Shown piece by piece: positions 1 to 11,821 of a stretch of DNA of 64,000 bases. Position 1 is the stretch's first letter, and each line of letters opens with the position of its first letter. This DNA is from Balanoglossus misakiensis (Eukaryota; Animalia; Hemichordata). The translations under genes were made by a program, and so were the position numbers. Below the pieces are notes generated by a model that was not told the origin of the DNA, did no database searches, and saw only the letters and a program-made list of their open reading frames with translations. The stretch spans positions 2,920,175-2,984,174 of the forward strand of contig CM082587.2 of NCBI GenBank assembly GCA_040954595.2. Direction: 5' to 3'.

Positions 1-2674
1 CAGTTCAGAGCCAAAGACTATTATGCCTTGAAACTTGCTCAGAAACAGAAGGTAAATAGTTTTATTGATTGCATCAGTGCAACTATCAGTATTGAGGTTT
101 TTCATTGCAAGTCCGTAGACTTAACACATTCCAGATTAAACAGCAGCCCAGCTGTGATCTGATTGATCCTGTTGTCTGCCTCTAAAAAGTGTGTGTTAAC
201 ATGTCGCAACAAACAGCTTTGGCATAACATTTGTGCTTTTCTTAGTAGTGGTCATCCATTGGTGTCAGCATGTAGTGTTCATGTTGCTTAACATTTTCTT
301 TGCCTTCTCCATGAAGTTGTCATGTGTACAGCAGGCTATTCTAAAGGGAAAGGTAATAGCAGTACAAACTATAAATATAACAAATCCAAGCAAATCAAAT
401 CACTTTTGAATACTGAAGAATTCTGAGAACTCCTCTGTGATTCTGTCCGCATTTAGGCTAGAGGGTTTGCTGCTTGCATGGTCTGAAATCGTACATATTT
501 CACCATTCAGATCGCATCTGCTTTTGTACGAACACACTATTTCTGCTATGGCCCTGTCAAAAATGCAAATTGATGATAACACTGGACACTATTCTCAAGG
601 CACTTGATCAGCAGGCTGTTCTGCTGAGGTCAAAGGAAATAATGCCATTATCAACAACATAAATTGCCAATTTTCTGCTGTTACAGCTGGCACAAAATTA
701 CACACTGTAGCCTATATTATGCTAGTGCATATGTGACATCTAAAGTGCACATGAATCGTGAATGACAGACAACTATTTGATGATGATGCACAACATTCTG
801 CATATACCATGTGCACATAAATATTGGAGGCTATAACACATCTGAAATGAATTACTGAATATAGCGCAGTGTACTTTTAGAAAAATCTATTATGATGCCC
901 ACACATGAGTATCTTAATTGAAACCACAACACCCAACCCATATGAAATTATCTCGGCAATTTTTGATTACTTTGTATTGAAGCAATTTTTGATAACTTAC
1001 AGTGTAGTATGTTAGCAACACCCAGAATTTGAATGCACTGGGGTACCAACAAAAACATGTGTGAAAAGTAGTCATAGAATACATGGATTCCTGTGAATGC
1101 ACTCACCCATGTATATTGATTTGTACTGCTATTGCGTGGTTAATCTTGCTTCTATTTTCCATAAAACACTGCCGGTCTGCATGTGAAATGTTATTCCGGA
1201 GTCTGCCTTTAATTGCAGCTGGCCTAACCCCTTTGTAATCCATTCCTGCCCATCATTTTGTGACTCCAAAGTTACCTTCTATACACAAGCACCATTTCAG
1301 CTGACTTAGTAATGGCAACTTTACTTTTCAGAGAGAGAAAGAAAGAGGAGCCAATCTTTCATACATGTTCAGGTTGCCATTCGCCGCTGGTAATATCTTC
1401 ACTGCAAGTATGTTAGACACACTGCTTTACCAGGTGCGTGGTCATTCTGCCATCTATTTGCCATTTTGTATGATGTTTTAGTACAAACGTGTTTATAGTA
1501 AAATGACATGTAGCTGTAACGTTTGGCTTTTTTCACTTTTTTGTTTTTTATTCAACCCATACACCATCTATACACATTAACAAGCAGTGTTCCGTCATTC
1601 TTTTGGCAGTCTTTTGTCAAAGATTACATGCTTAACTTCACACGTTTACTGCTGGGACTGGACCAAGCACATGGATCAGGGTATCTTTGTGAAATGAAGA
1701 TCACCACGGATGATCTGTGGATCAGAACCTATGGCAGGTTATATCAGAAACTCTGCTCAACGACATTTGAAATACCAGTTGGTATTTACAGAACACAACT
1801 GCAGTCAGACAGTAAGTCAGAGGTAAGAACAGTGTTCACTGTGTTGATGGGGAATGTTTCTTGGAAAACATAACTATGTTTCTTGGAAGGGATTCAAATG
1901 TTCCTTAATAATTTTATGGCAACTGTTTTGCGTTTTCTTTTCTTCTCTCCAGTTGTCAGTGACTATCGATGATGATGACATGTCATCAACATGTCTGTCT
2001 GAAGAAAGAGCAGCGTTGGCAGAATTAGTCCGAAGCAAGATGAAGAAGCTTGGGTTACCAGAATCTGATTATGGTATGGAGTTATTTGTTTACTTAATAA
2101 TCAATTACTAGTATGTACAAAAATTCTCATATGAAGTGAAGAGAGGCATGACCACATGCATATGTTGCTTTGATTGAACTTTGCAAAGCCCCAGGGTGTC
2201 TTTCAAATTGACGTTATTATGTCTGTACAATTGTTACCACCATTATGAACCATATCCCATGACTGGATTCATCCAATGGTGAAATTCTACCTTTCAGATG
2301 CCGAAGCTACTGAAAAAAGAAGTGCATTGTCCTACGTGCTCATCAATCCAGGTTTTGATACAAAGTTAGAACTAGATGATGTAATGTAAGTTTTCACTCC
2401 TACTAAAGTCTCTCGTAAATATTGTAAATATTGGTAGACTCGTTTATGACTCGCTGATCTGTTTTATTTGCATGCTTGTAATTTCTCTGCCATGTGTTTT
2501 ACCATACATTCAATATACCAACTTCGATCCTTTTACAGTTTCATCATCCGACCAGCTGGTGGACCAAATGCTTCATCCCCTATGCCACCTAGAAGGAAAT
2601 ACAGCACACGACGTCCCAAGACGGAAGGGGAGAAAAGAGAGGAACCACAGGGTAGCATGGACACCAGATTATGA
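1..2674 (+). CDS. KCNT1: Slo2/KCNT-family (Na+-activated) potassium channel, 3' exons only (gene begins upstream of window)
   Basis: GT-AG exons 1-51, 1332-1433, 1610-1822, 1953-2073, 2298-2385 and 2539-2674 join in frame: [82 protein letters not shown]. This matches the KCNT1/2 RCK2 and C-terminal region; it is probably co-orthologous to KCNT1 and KCNT2. Confidence 0.93.
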
Positions 2675-4800
2675 GGCTCTGAAAACTTCAAAGAAATATT
2701 GATGATATGACAAGATACGGCAGCATGTTAACAGATCAGTACAGACTTTGAACAGATCAGTGCAGTAGTTGAACGGTGGAAATGCTTTCACTGTATTGTG
2801 CTTGTTATTTTCAAGACATAATTCTATAGAGTGAAAGTTCTATTGTACTAATTATCCACACAGACGGACAGGATGAATACCACTTGTCTGAAGTTTACTA
2901 CAAGATGGAAAAGAAAGCTTGGTCATCTGGAACTTCTAAGAAAACTAAAGAAGAGACACGAGGGGGATTTCTACTTACTGAAGGTATACATGTATATCTG
3001 AGTGAATAAGACTTGCCAATTGTTGTGACATCTATCTTGATATGGTTTTGTGGGTTGACCTTGCTCTTTGAATCGGCAAGGTAGGTTCAAAGTTTGAATC
3101 CTGTAAAATGCAAGTTGATTATGAACATATTAAGTCACTTTTATAATTAGTAATATTTCAGCCAAGCAAGGCACAAGTCACTTTATAATGCACACCATTT
3201 GACCATTTATAAGATTGACACATCAAACCAACCAATGATAATACTGAAAATTCTGTTCTTTATATCAAGACTGACAATTGAACTAATCATGTAAATGATT
3301 GACTATCATTATCCATATATTATATAAATCCTATTTCACAAAAGTGTACATATCCAAGTTTTCGCACACAGTTCAAGAGATACATGTACACCACATCACC
3401 AAATTTTCTGATTATTTATAGGTTAGGCCAAAAAAATTAAGTTAGATTTGTTTCTGGTCAGCATGTGTTATGTCTACGGTATAATTTCCCCATGGAAATC
3501 TTAAGCTGGCCTGTACCTGTATTTCCTCCAGTGTTCTCCTATAGCACCACTTTTGCCAAATGACAAAGACCAGAATCAAATATTCTGTCTTACATCACAT
3601 ATCACAGAAGCAAATAAACTGCGCATGATTTCTTTTTTGTATTTACAGCAAAGCAGATTAATATTGCCATGATATATGTTTGCACTTAAGTGTCATTTTC
3701 CACGAAGCCAAATGTTTTCTTGTGTCTCAACACAAGTATACGAACGTGGGTATTTCTGTGTCAAGCCAGCTAGCGTGAACTTTTTATAGTGAAAGGTTTC
3801 GTCCATGTTTACTTTAGGAACTCGTGTGCAAAACATGTCCTTGCTTGCTTATGCCATTGAAAGTACTAAGTATAAAATTATCAGGAATTTTTATGTTTAC
3901 AACTCTAATTTTAAAAATGCCATTTCTGTTATTAGTAATTGCATACAAATTATATTTAAATGTTATTTATTTCTTGACAAGCTTACATGTTGCTCTGACT
4001 ACATGAAATATATAACAATATATACAGTCTTTTTGATGTAAGGAATATCTTGAAAAGATCACAGACCATGGGGTGCAGTACACACAGAGGCTGATACTCA
4101 AGGATTGGTAACAAGTTCCATGATTACATCCTTGAGTAATCGTTAGTAGGTGCAATAAGAATAATGGACATTTTTATTTATGACAAGAAGTAATTACATG
4201 TAATATACACGCCTACATTATCAGTGTAATCATGACCAATTATATTTCTTCATAAAGAAAGAATATTTAAATAGAATGCATATGTTTATACTTTTGAATT
4301 AATTTATGTATGGATTATTTATTGTTAGCCATAATGTCTTTCATGATAATGTCTTTTGTAAAATACAGTTATAGCTCAATTAAGTGACAATGTATTTTAT
4401 AGTGCATTGTATATTTTGACTTGTCTCTGAAAATATTTAAAACAAAATGATTTTTTGGTCTTTTTAATGTTTTCTATATTCGGAAGTTGTTCATATTTTA
4501 CCAAGTGCAACATTTTAGACCCAGATACCCTGGGCTGGACCCATTTAAATTTTTGCTGGATGTTTCGATTCTACATTCAGACATAGGCATTTGTTTTTAA
4601 CCCTGCTATGATGGGCCAGAGATAAAATGGAATATCTTGACAGAAATCTGAATTACAAAAATAATTTGTAGGAAGGTTGGCTTAAAGTAGCCAAACGGAA
4701 AGATTTTAAAGGGAGAACAGTCTCTCAGTTTTGACATTGTTTTGGTTACAGTACATCTACCCCTTTCGTATAATCAGATGTTTTCTTCATTTTTTTCATG

Positions 4801-4828
4801 TCAATCAATCAATCAATCAATCAATCAA
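4801..4828. repeat. (TCAA)n microsatellite
   Basis: About 7 tandem tcaa units. Confidence 0.9.
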
Positions 4829-5330
4829 TATATTTGTGCCAAACAATATTCAGTGGCATCTTACTTTATTGTGGTAAATTATCACTGTGGCATCTTGTCT
4901 TGAATGGTCCGATTTTAAAATCAGTTTCATATTTGTCATGTAACATTTTTATCTGAGCTGTTAATGTTATTTTCAAAATCAATTTTTAAACAAGTGCACT
5001 GCCTATACCACCATAAATTATCGCACATTGACTTTTTCAACTCATGATTGTTATAACTATTAAATGTCATTTGTATAGGTTTTTAATATTTTCAATATTT
5101 ATGTTATGTAATGTCAAGGTCTCGTCACACATGGTGTGAAATGTAAAAATCTCAATTTATTTCTGTAATAAAATGTCACAGCGTTAAAAATACATTGATT
5201 GCATCAACAGCCCTGATATGCATACTGGTACTTTCCAAACAGGTTATGAAGTTCATTCAAAAAGTACAAATCACAAGTACATCTTCATCATCTAGCATTG
5301 TATTTTATTTGCAGTAATGCTTTGTCATTT

Positions 5331-7691
5331 TCATTGCTCAGCCATTTGGAAGACATAGACTGAATGTCCAACTTTGTCAGTCACATAAAATGTCCACGGT
5401 CGATGAATATCCACAGCGATTCCGAAATAATTCTGCCAACTTTCACCAAACTCGAACATGAAGCGTTTGCCGGCATCAAACGCATACACCCCGCCGGAAT
5501 CATAGCGTGTGATGTACACGTTGCCATGGGGATCACAGTGCAAGCCACAGGGACTGATTCTTTGCTGTCCCTGACTGCCCATCTTGATGTAAGAACGATG
5601 AAGAAAACGCCCATCCCGATCGAAAACCTGCAGGCACGACTTGCTACTGTCGCTGACCAGAACGTTGGTGGCGCTGTCCACTGTGACGAACCATGGCTCG
5701 GCCAATTGGCCGTCGGCGTCTTCGTCGCCTGAACCGAAACTCAGAAGATGCTTGCAGGTTTCGACACTGTAGACTCTCACTAATCGAGTCTTTGAGTCCA
5801 CAACCAAAATTCTCCCCATGCTGTCTACAGCGACTCCTCTCGGCTTATGCAGCGAGCTGTCTTCGATTCTTTTGGTGACTTTCCCGTTGAGGATACAAAT
5901 CGCAACACCGCCGTTTTCGTGGTCCGTCACCACTAGCCGATCCTCGTTCACAAAAGCCAAATCGAATGGAACGAATCTACCAGGGGTGAAGATATGTCGT
6001 TTGATTTTAAAAGACCGGATAAAATGCCTCTGTCTGTCGAACAGTTTCACTTCGCAATTCTTGCTGTCCGCAACAGCCACGCAGCCTGCAGGAGACACTG
6101 CGATTCCCCGCGGTTCTTGGAATCCTATTGGCTCCGATGCATCTACTTCTCCAAGATCGGAATCTTCCCGAACTTTCTGCTTTGCGATGTTTCGCTCTTT
6201 TGCACCCGGGATATGAAAATCGCGGTCATTTTCTTTCACAGGCTCCTTCGCTAGTGCCGATGTTTCTTTGGGTCGACGTGTTTCTTTTTTCTCTCCCACA
6301 TTTGTCTCCAGACTTCTCTTATCATTGTCGTCAGGGCCAAGATTGGGACGGCGTTTCTCGTCGTCAACTATGTCCGGTGGCTGTTTTTCTGTTACTGCGA
6401 GTTTCTCTGTTAGTGTCACTGCAAGAGCGCTATCTTGGAGAGCGTTTTCCCTTACGGAAACCTTGTTATCATCTCTATCGACAGTGACTTTCCTCTCATC
6501 ATCTTTCGGCGTTGTGGTAGATAATTTGTCCTGTTGGTGATGATGACCATTCGTCGGGAAATCTAGCCTGTTTGTTGAAGTCAGTTCTTCCAACTTATCT
6601 TTCGCTTCACCTTGAATTTCTTCAGGGACACTCTCTAAACTTTTTGGAATGGGAACTCGCTGGTGTTCAATCGACCCCAACTGTTTCTCCGACACCGAGG
6701 CCAAAGCGTCTCCATTGGCAGCGAAATACACGCGTAAGATGTCGTCTGCTACCACGGTGAATTTTGTTCGCGTCAACTTCTCAATCCGCTCGCTGCATTG
6801 TCGTGCCAGGAAGAATCGAGACGCACTGTCGCCGGTTTGAAAAAGTCCTTCTCCAAGACTAGAGTATCCTTCTAAATCTTCAAGAATTCGGCTGCCTTCT
6901 TCTATTTTTGACGATATGAAAGAAATGCTGCTTTCGAAAGTTTCATTGGAGCCGTCCACTAACTTCTGTCCTGCTTCCCACAATGCTTTCAAATACTCGT
7001 CGACGTGCTGCCTAATGTCGCTCAGAACTTGGTCTCTCGTCTCTTGTAAATCACTTTTCGTGTTCCTCAAGAACTCTAACTTGCCGTCTAGTTCGGCTGC
7101 TGTCGTCCGGGCTTCGTCGATAACTTGTCTGTCGGCTTTGACCATGGCATCCATGCCCGTAGCTAAATCGATGTATTCGTGGTTTTCATGGAAACCACTT
7201 TTCTCAGTACAGTCAACGCAAATTGGAATTTTGCACACATTACACATGAACTCAACTTCTCTGTCATGGTGGGAGGGGCAAGGAATTGAAGTTTTCATTT
7301 CTCGTTTGTACTCATCGATGGATTTTATTTCATGGAGCTTTGTCGTGATTCGCCCGTGTAATTTCTTACAGCGATCACACATGAACTGGTCACACTTTGC
7401 GCAGTAGTGTGATGCGGGGCTCTGGCATTCCTTGCAAAGGCGGAAAACGTTGGTGTTCAGTGCTTTCCCACCCTTTTTCACCAAGTGCTCGATGAAATGC
7501 GCGCTGGGTTGCCCTTTTGCGGGACCTGAGATGCCGAACTTCTTCTTGCATATGACACAAAGCGGGTCAGCAGCGACGCAACCACGGCATGCCACGTGGA
7601 AACATGGAAGCACGACTGGTCGCTGAAACGGTCGCTGGCACACTGGACACTGCAACAGGTGGTCTATCGGCTCTGGTCTGGCAGCTGACAT
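5331..7691 (-). CDS. TRIM-NHL E3 ubiquitin ligase (RING-Bbox1-Bbox2-coiled coil-linker-NHL repeats), single coding exon
   Basis: 800-aa ORF, likely start MSAARP at 7691. C3HC4 RING CPVC..CFHVACRGC..CVIC; B-boxes CKEC..CAKC..C..H and CPSHH..CNVC..CVDC..H; coiled coil; NHL repeats (PRGIAV, PFDLAF, PRGVAVD, PWFVTVD, PCGLHCD). Confidence 0.9.
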   Translation of the reverse strand: MSAARPEPIDHLLQCPVCQRPFQRPVVLPCFHVACRGCVAADPLCVICKKKFGISGPAKGQPSAHFIEHLVKKGGKALNTNVFRLCKECQSPASHYCAKCDQFMCDRCKKLHGRITTKLHEIKSIDEYKREMKTSIPCPSHHDREVEFMCNVCKIPICVDCTEKSGFHENHEYIDLATGMDAMVKADRQVIDEARTTAAELDGKLEFLRNTKSDLQETRDQVLSDIRQHVDEYLKALWEAGQKLVDGSNETFESSISFISSKIEEGSRILEDLEGYSSLGEGLFQTGDSASRFFLARQCSERIEKLTRTKFTVVADDILRVYFAANGDALASVSEKQLGSIEHQRVPIPKSLESVPEEIQGEAKDKLEELTSTNRLDFPTNGHHHQQDKLSTTTPKDDERKVTVDRDDNKVSVRENALQDSALAVTLTEKLAVTEKQPPDIVDDEKRRPNLGPDDNDKRSLETNVGEKKETRRPKETSALAKEPVKENDRDFHIPGAKERNIAKQKVREDSDLGEVDASEPIGFQEPRGIAVSPAGCVAVADSKNCEVKLFDRQRHFIRSFKIKRHIFTPGRFVPFDLAFVNEDRLVVTDHENGGVAICILNGKVTKRIEDSSLHKPRGVAVDSMGRILVVDSKTRLVRVYSVETCKHLLSFGSGDEDADGQLAEPWFVTVDSATNVLVSDSSKSCLQVFDRDGRFLHRSYIKMGSQGQQRISPCGLHCDPHGNVYITRYDSGGVYAFDAGKRFMFEFGESWQNYFGIAVDIHRPWTFYVTDKVGHSVYVFQMAEQ

Positions 7692-10462
7692 GGTGATGGT
7701 GTTCAGCTCTGCAGTCTGAGGACAAATACACATATATGTTAATTAAATCATCTGTTTACAACACACATCATGTTCATCGTGTGTCGTGTTATGCGATAGG
7801 AAAAAAGAATGTCCATTTCCCTTGGAAATCACATACACGCACACCAACTACTGTATTACGCAGTCACGTGACTAAGGAGTTCATATCAGGTGACATCGTT
7901 CGCTGCGCCTGGAAAATTGGTCGTCTGCCGAATTTTTCTCTCTCTCGAACCCCCAGAGAAAAGGACAAGCAGGAACTTCAGCGCCTTGTGGATAACAAAG
8001 ATTCAAGAAACAACAAGTATGTAATTCGCTATGCCACGACGATTTTTTGTTACTTCTTGTGGAAAACTTGGAGCCGACATGGACAAGAACGCATCCATGG
8101 AATTTCCAGGTAGGCCTAACAGAATGGCACGTGGAGTGACTGTGAGCATGAGTTGTGTTATTACTTGTAATGCATATTGCCTGGCCTATTTTCAAGCTGT
8201 AGCAAGGCTCTGTTGGGTTAGGACTATATATGGGTGTGTACAGAAATACTGGGCGAGTCAAAACATGAAGGTCGGGTCATGTGTAACCGAGGTTCAGAAA
8301 AAATTCCTATGGTGGCCGGGTCGTTGACCATGGAAGTATGAGCTAGCCAAGTGCTATTCATTCTTTCATTCATGAACGTACCGACAGCTTTATTACGTAA
8401 GAACATAGAGGTAAGCTTATATTCAATAGAATTTAGTATATTGCGCGTATGACTCTATGAGATCCACGAATAGCAATACTAAAGCGTGCCTCCCCGACTC
8501 CCAAGAAAGCCAGACCTCCCCTTCCTACCCACACCTGCGTGTGTGAAACAGAAAATAAAGTGTGTCACGTCCCGACACCTTCAACGTCCAGCAATAACGC
8601 GTTAGTCTGTCAGAGGAATGCAAAAAACACACCCAGGATGGCATACATGTACGTGTACACACATGATCAAAGTCCAAAGTATAGTGTTAAAGTTTTACCT
8701 TGCTCATATAAAACCAAGTTAAAGCGATCCTGACATATACGTACCTGAAAAGATAACCCTGTAAGTAATATCACTGAGTGGTGTTTGACCAGGTCGTCTG
8801 TCTTCGATTATCACTGACAAGAGACTGTTCAGCGTAACCTCATTCTGCGAGTAAACGTAACACGACAGCGTCAATGGGTTAATTGAAGTGTATCGAGAGG
8901 TCACTTCTTGTTTTCTTGACCTGTTTACAACTATTTTCACAAATTCCATTCAATTAAATTTACATTCTGAACGGTAGAGGGCGTAGTTGCCAAGAGGAGC
9001 ATGTGTGGCTTAGCGTGCCGAACATTTTGTAGGTCTATGAAAAACACCAATAGCAAGGTCCTGTTATAAGCATATTTATTTAACTGCCATAAAATAATGC
9101 TTCCAAGTTGTACAAGTACTGTGGCTGTAAATGACTACAGCCCATTAAAATTAAATGCAGACATCAAAGCACTTTTTAAGCTCCCCTACGGGAGTACCAC
9201 ACACACACACTGATGACACAGTGATCGAAGAATTTCTGCATGCAAGCTAAATGAACATTTTACCAATAAAACTGAGACATGATTATGTTGGAATGACTTT
9301 GTTAATTAACCAATAATGATATGTGAACCATGGCAAATATATGCACACTTACTCAAAGCACATGTGAGTGTGTGTATCATTCTTAGTACTGCACTCTGAA
9401 AAGTTTGGTGCCAAACGCTTTAGCACTTAAGCACTTAAAATGAACAAAAGTACATTGCACAATTAAAACAGCTGCACCAGCAATACAATTCAGATAATTC
9501 ACTCTTTCACATTTACACATATTTAGAACCTACGAGAACAGTCTAACAATCAATTTGTATCTTGGTAAACAATTACACAGACTGATCACAGCCAAGAATT
9601 GGAAGAAAAAAATTCAGTGAAGTTGTCTTTCAAGTAGTGTCTGATTCACTGCATTAAAATGAAATGTGCGCCATAAAATATCAACAAGGTATTCAATAAC
9701 CACATTTTGAGCTTCGCTTGTAATATTCACTTTGTAAATATTTGAATTCTAAACATGATTTGGTAACTGACTGTTCTAGAAACTTCTGAATGAGAAATCC
9801 TAAAATCAAGGTCACTGGTTAAAAAAAGTGTCAATGACTGGTCCAATAGGAGAATGGAGAAAAAAATAGTACAGTATGCTCGTTATATTTTGTTCCATAC
9901 AGTAGTTTAGTACTAATATAAAATTCTGTCAATAAATGAATAAGTCTATAATTATATAAAATAAATAAGTAAACATCTATGATAAATACATATATTGTAC
10001 TCATAATAAAAGAAGATAGAACTCACTAAAATCAAATTGGAACAGTCGATCACTAATCTACTGGACCCCATCTTTAACAAATGTTGCTTAATAGTACCAA
10101 GTCATTGATGCTAGTACATCTTTAAAGACAATTACATGTAAATTCATGATATGCACTCATAAGAGCCACTACGATCTTTAAGGAAATTCATGTCTGCAAT
10201 GTTGCACATGTATCACATAATTATAGCTTGGTATCTCAAGCAACCAAGTTCATTGTTACATTTACATGACTTGTACATCTGTAGAACCAAATAAATTTCA
10301 CATCTAGAGGTCCACCACTGCAGACTGAATGTTTGTTTGCAAGCAGGTAAATATCAGCTACCATGGATATCCTTCTTCAGAGGTGTACAATTCACTGTAC
10401 ATACACGCTTTGGTATCATCTTTGGTCCCGTGTGTCTGAGATCTTGCTCAGCTAGCACATCT

Positions 10463-11786
10463 TTACTGTTCAGTGGTTGAGGTCTCTGTGTCTGTTAGCT
10501 GGGTGGGTAATTCAGTAATCTGATTCTGACACCATTCCTCCTGTACATGAATGCAAATGTACAACATTGTTATATCAATAATAGACAAGTTAACCTCGGG
10601 TCTACAAACTTTACAATCAACTTTACTACTTCTTTAGTTTTATCCATTGAAAAAACAAACCTTCTCTTTGTTGTAATTCCATTCAAGTATATCTCCAGCA
10701 TCACCATAGCAACCAGCACAGCTGATTATCCTAGGATCCTCATCTTTATTTCTGAAGGATGCAGAATAAGAAAGTCAGTATCACGCATAACTTGTGCTTA
10801 AATTGCGATTTCATTTCAAAAACCAATCAGAACAGTGTTCCATTTACCTTGTGAGTACAAGACATCTGATTGGATTATCTGACTGTTTGTACTTAAACAG
10901 CAATTCCAAGGAGACTGGATCTGCCACGGAATTCCAACTGCGGACACTCTTGGTGTCGTTGCCAACGGCAAAGTAATCAGACACCACATCTTCCAGTACC
11001 AGAGGTGAATCCATCGTCTGTTCCTCAGTTCCCTCTGCCTGGCAATCTTTCTCCTCATGCTTTCCCTCTTCATAGATGACATCGCTGTCATCCTGACTTT
11101 TCCACCGTCGGTAATTCGCGTTTGTTTTGTGAGGCACTTCCGGACGGAGCGGCGAGGCGCTGGGAGAGCCTTCCGTGAAGCTGACGCTCCTGGGAATCCG
11201 GGGAGGCACCGACTGATCCCCGTCCACTGTTGGCGACGGCGGACACTTCAGATACGCCATGCTCTGACTCTTCGCTGGCAGCCTCCGTGTATTCTTCACA
11301 AAAACTTCGTCGGACAACGACAGCTCCGTGAAATGTGACGGCAGCGACCTTTGATCTCTGACCTGGTACACGCTGACTGAGCCGTCGCCGCTTCCTACCC
11401 AGAGTTCATTCTTCCAGTAGAGCAGTGAGGTAACCCTGGAGATGTTGAAATAGCTGTCTTCATTCTGAAACGAGTCGAGATTGATATTCAAGATGTATGC
11501 CGAAAAACATGGATGAGAGAATCACATGGAGAAAAGTGTCCAAAAGATCTGCTTACCGTATTGATGATTGTGGGAAGATTTACGGCTATGTCATACACCA
11601 GGAGACACACAAATGCCCGAGGATCCCAGAGTTGTAATAACGATGTACCACGGATGGCTATCCAGACTCCTGAGGGACTGTAAGCCACTCTTGAGATGTG
11701 ATCGCATCTGTTACTGGACACTTCAAAACCACTAATTAAGTCTAGACATCTGATAAAACAGAAGAATTGTATCTTTCAGTGGTCTT

Positions 11787-11821
<35 letters not shown>

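Noticed and set aside
5364-7626. Numerous + strand ORFs overlapping the TRIM gene
   Set aside because: Antisense shadows of a long real exon.
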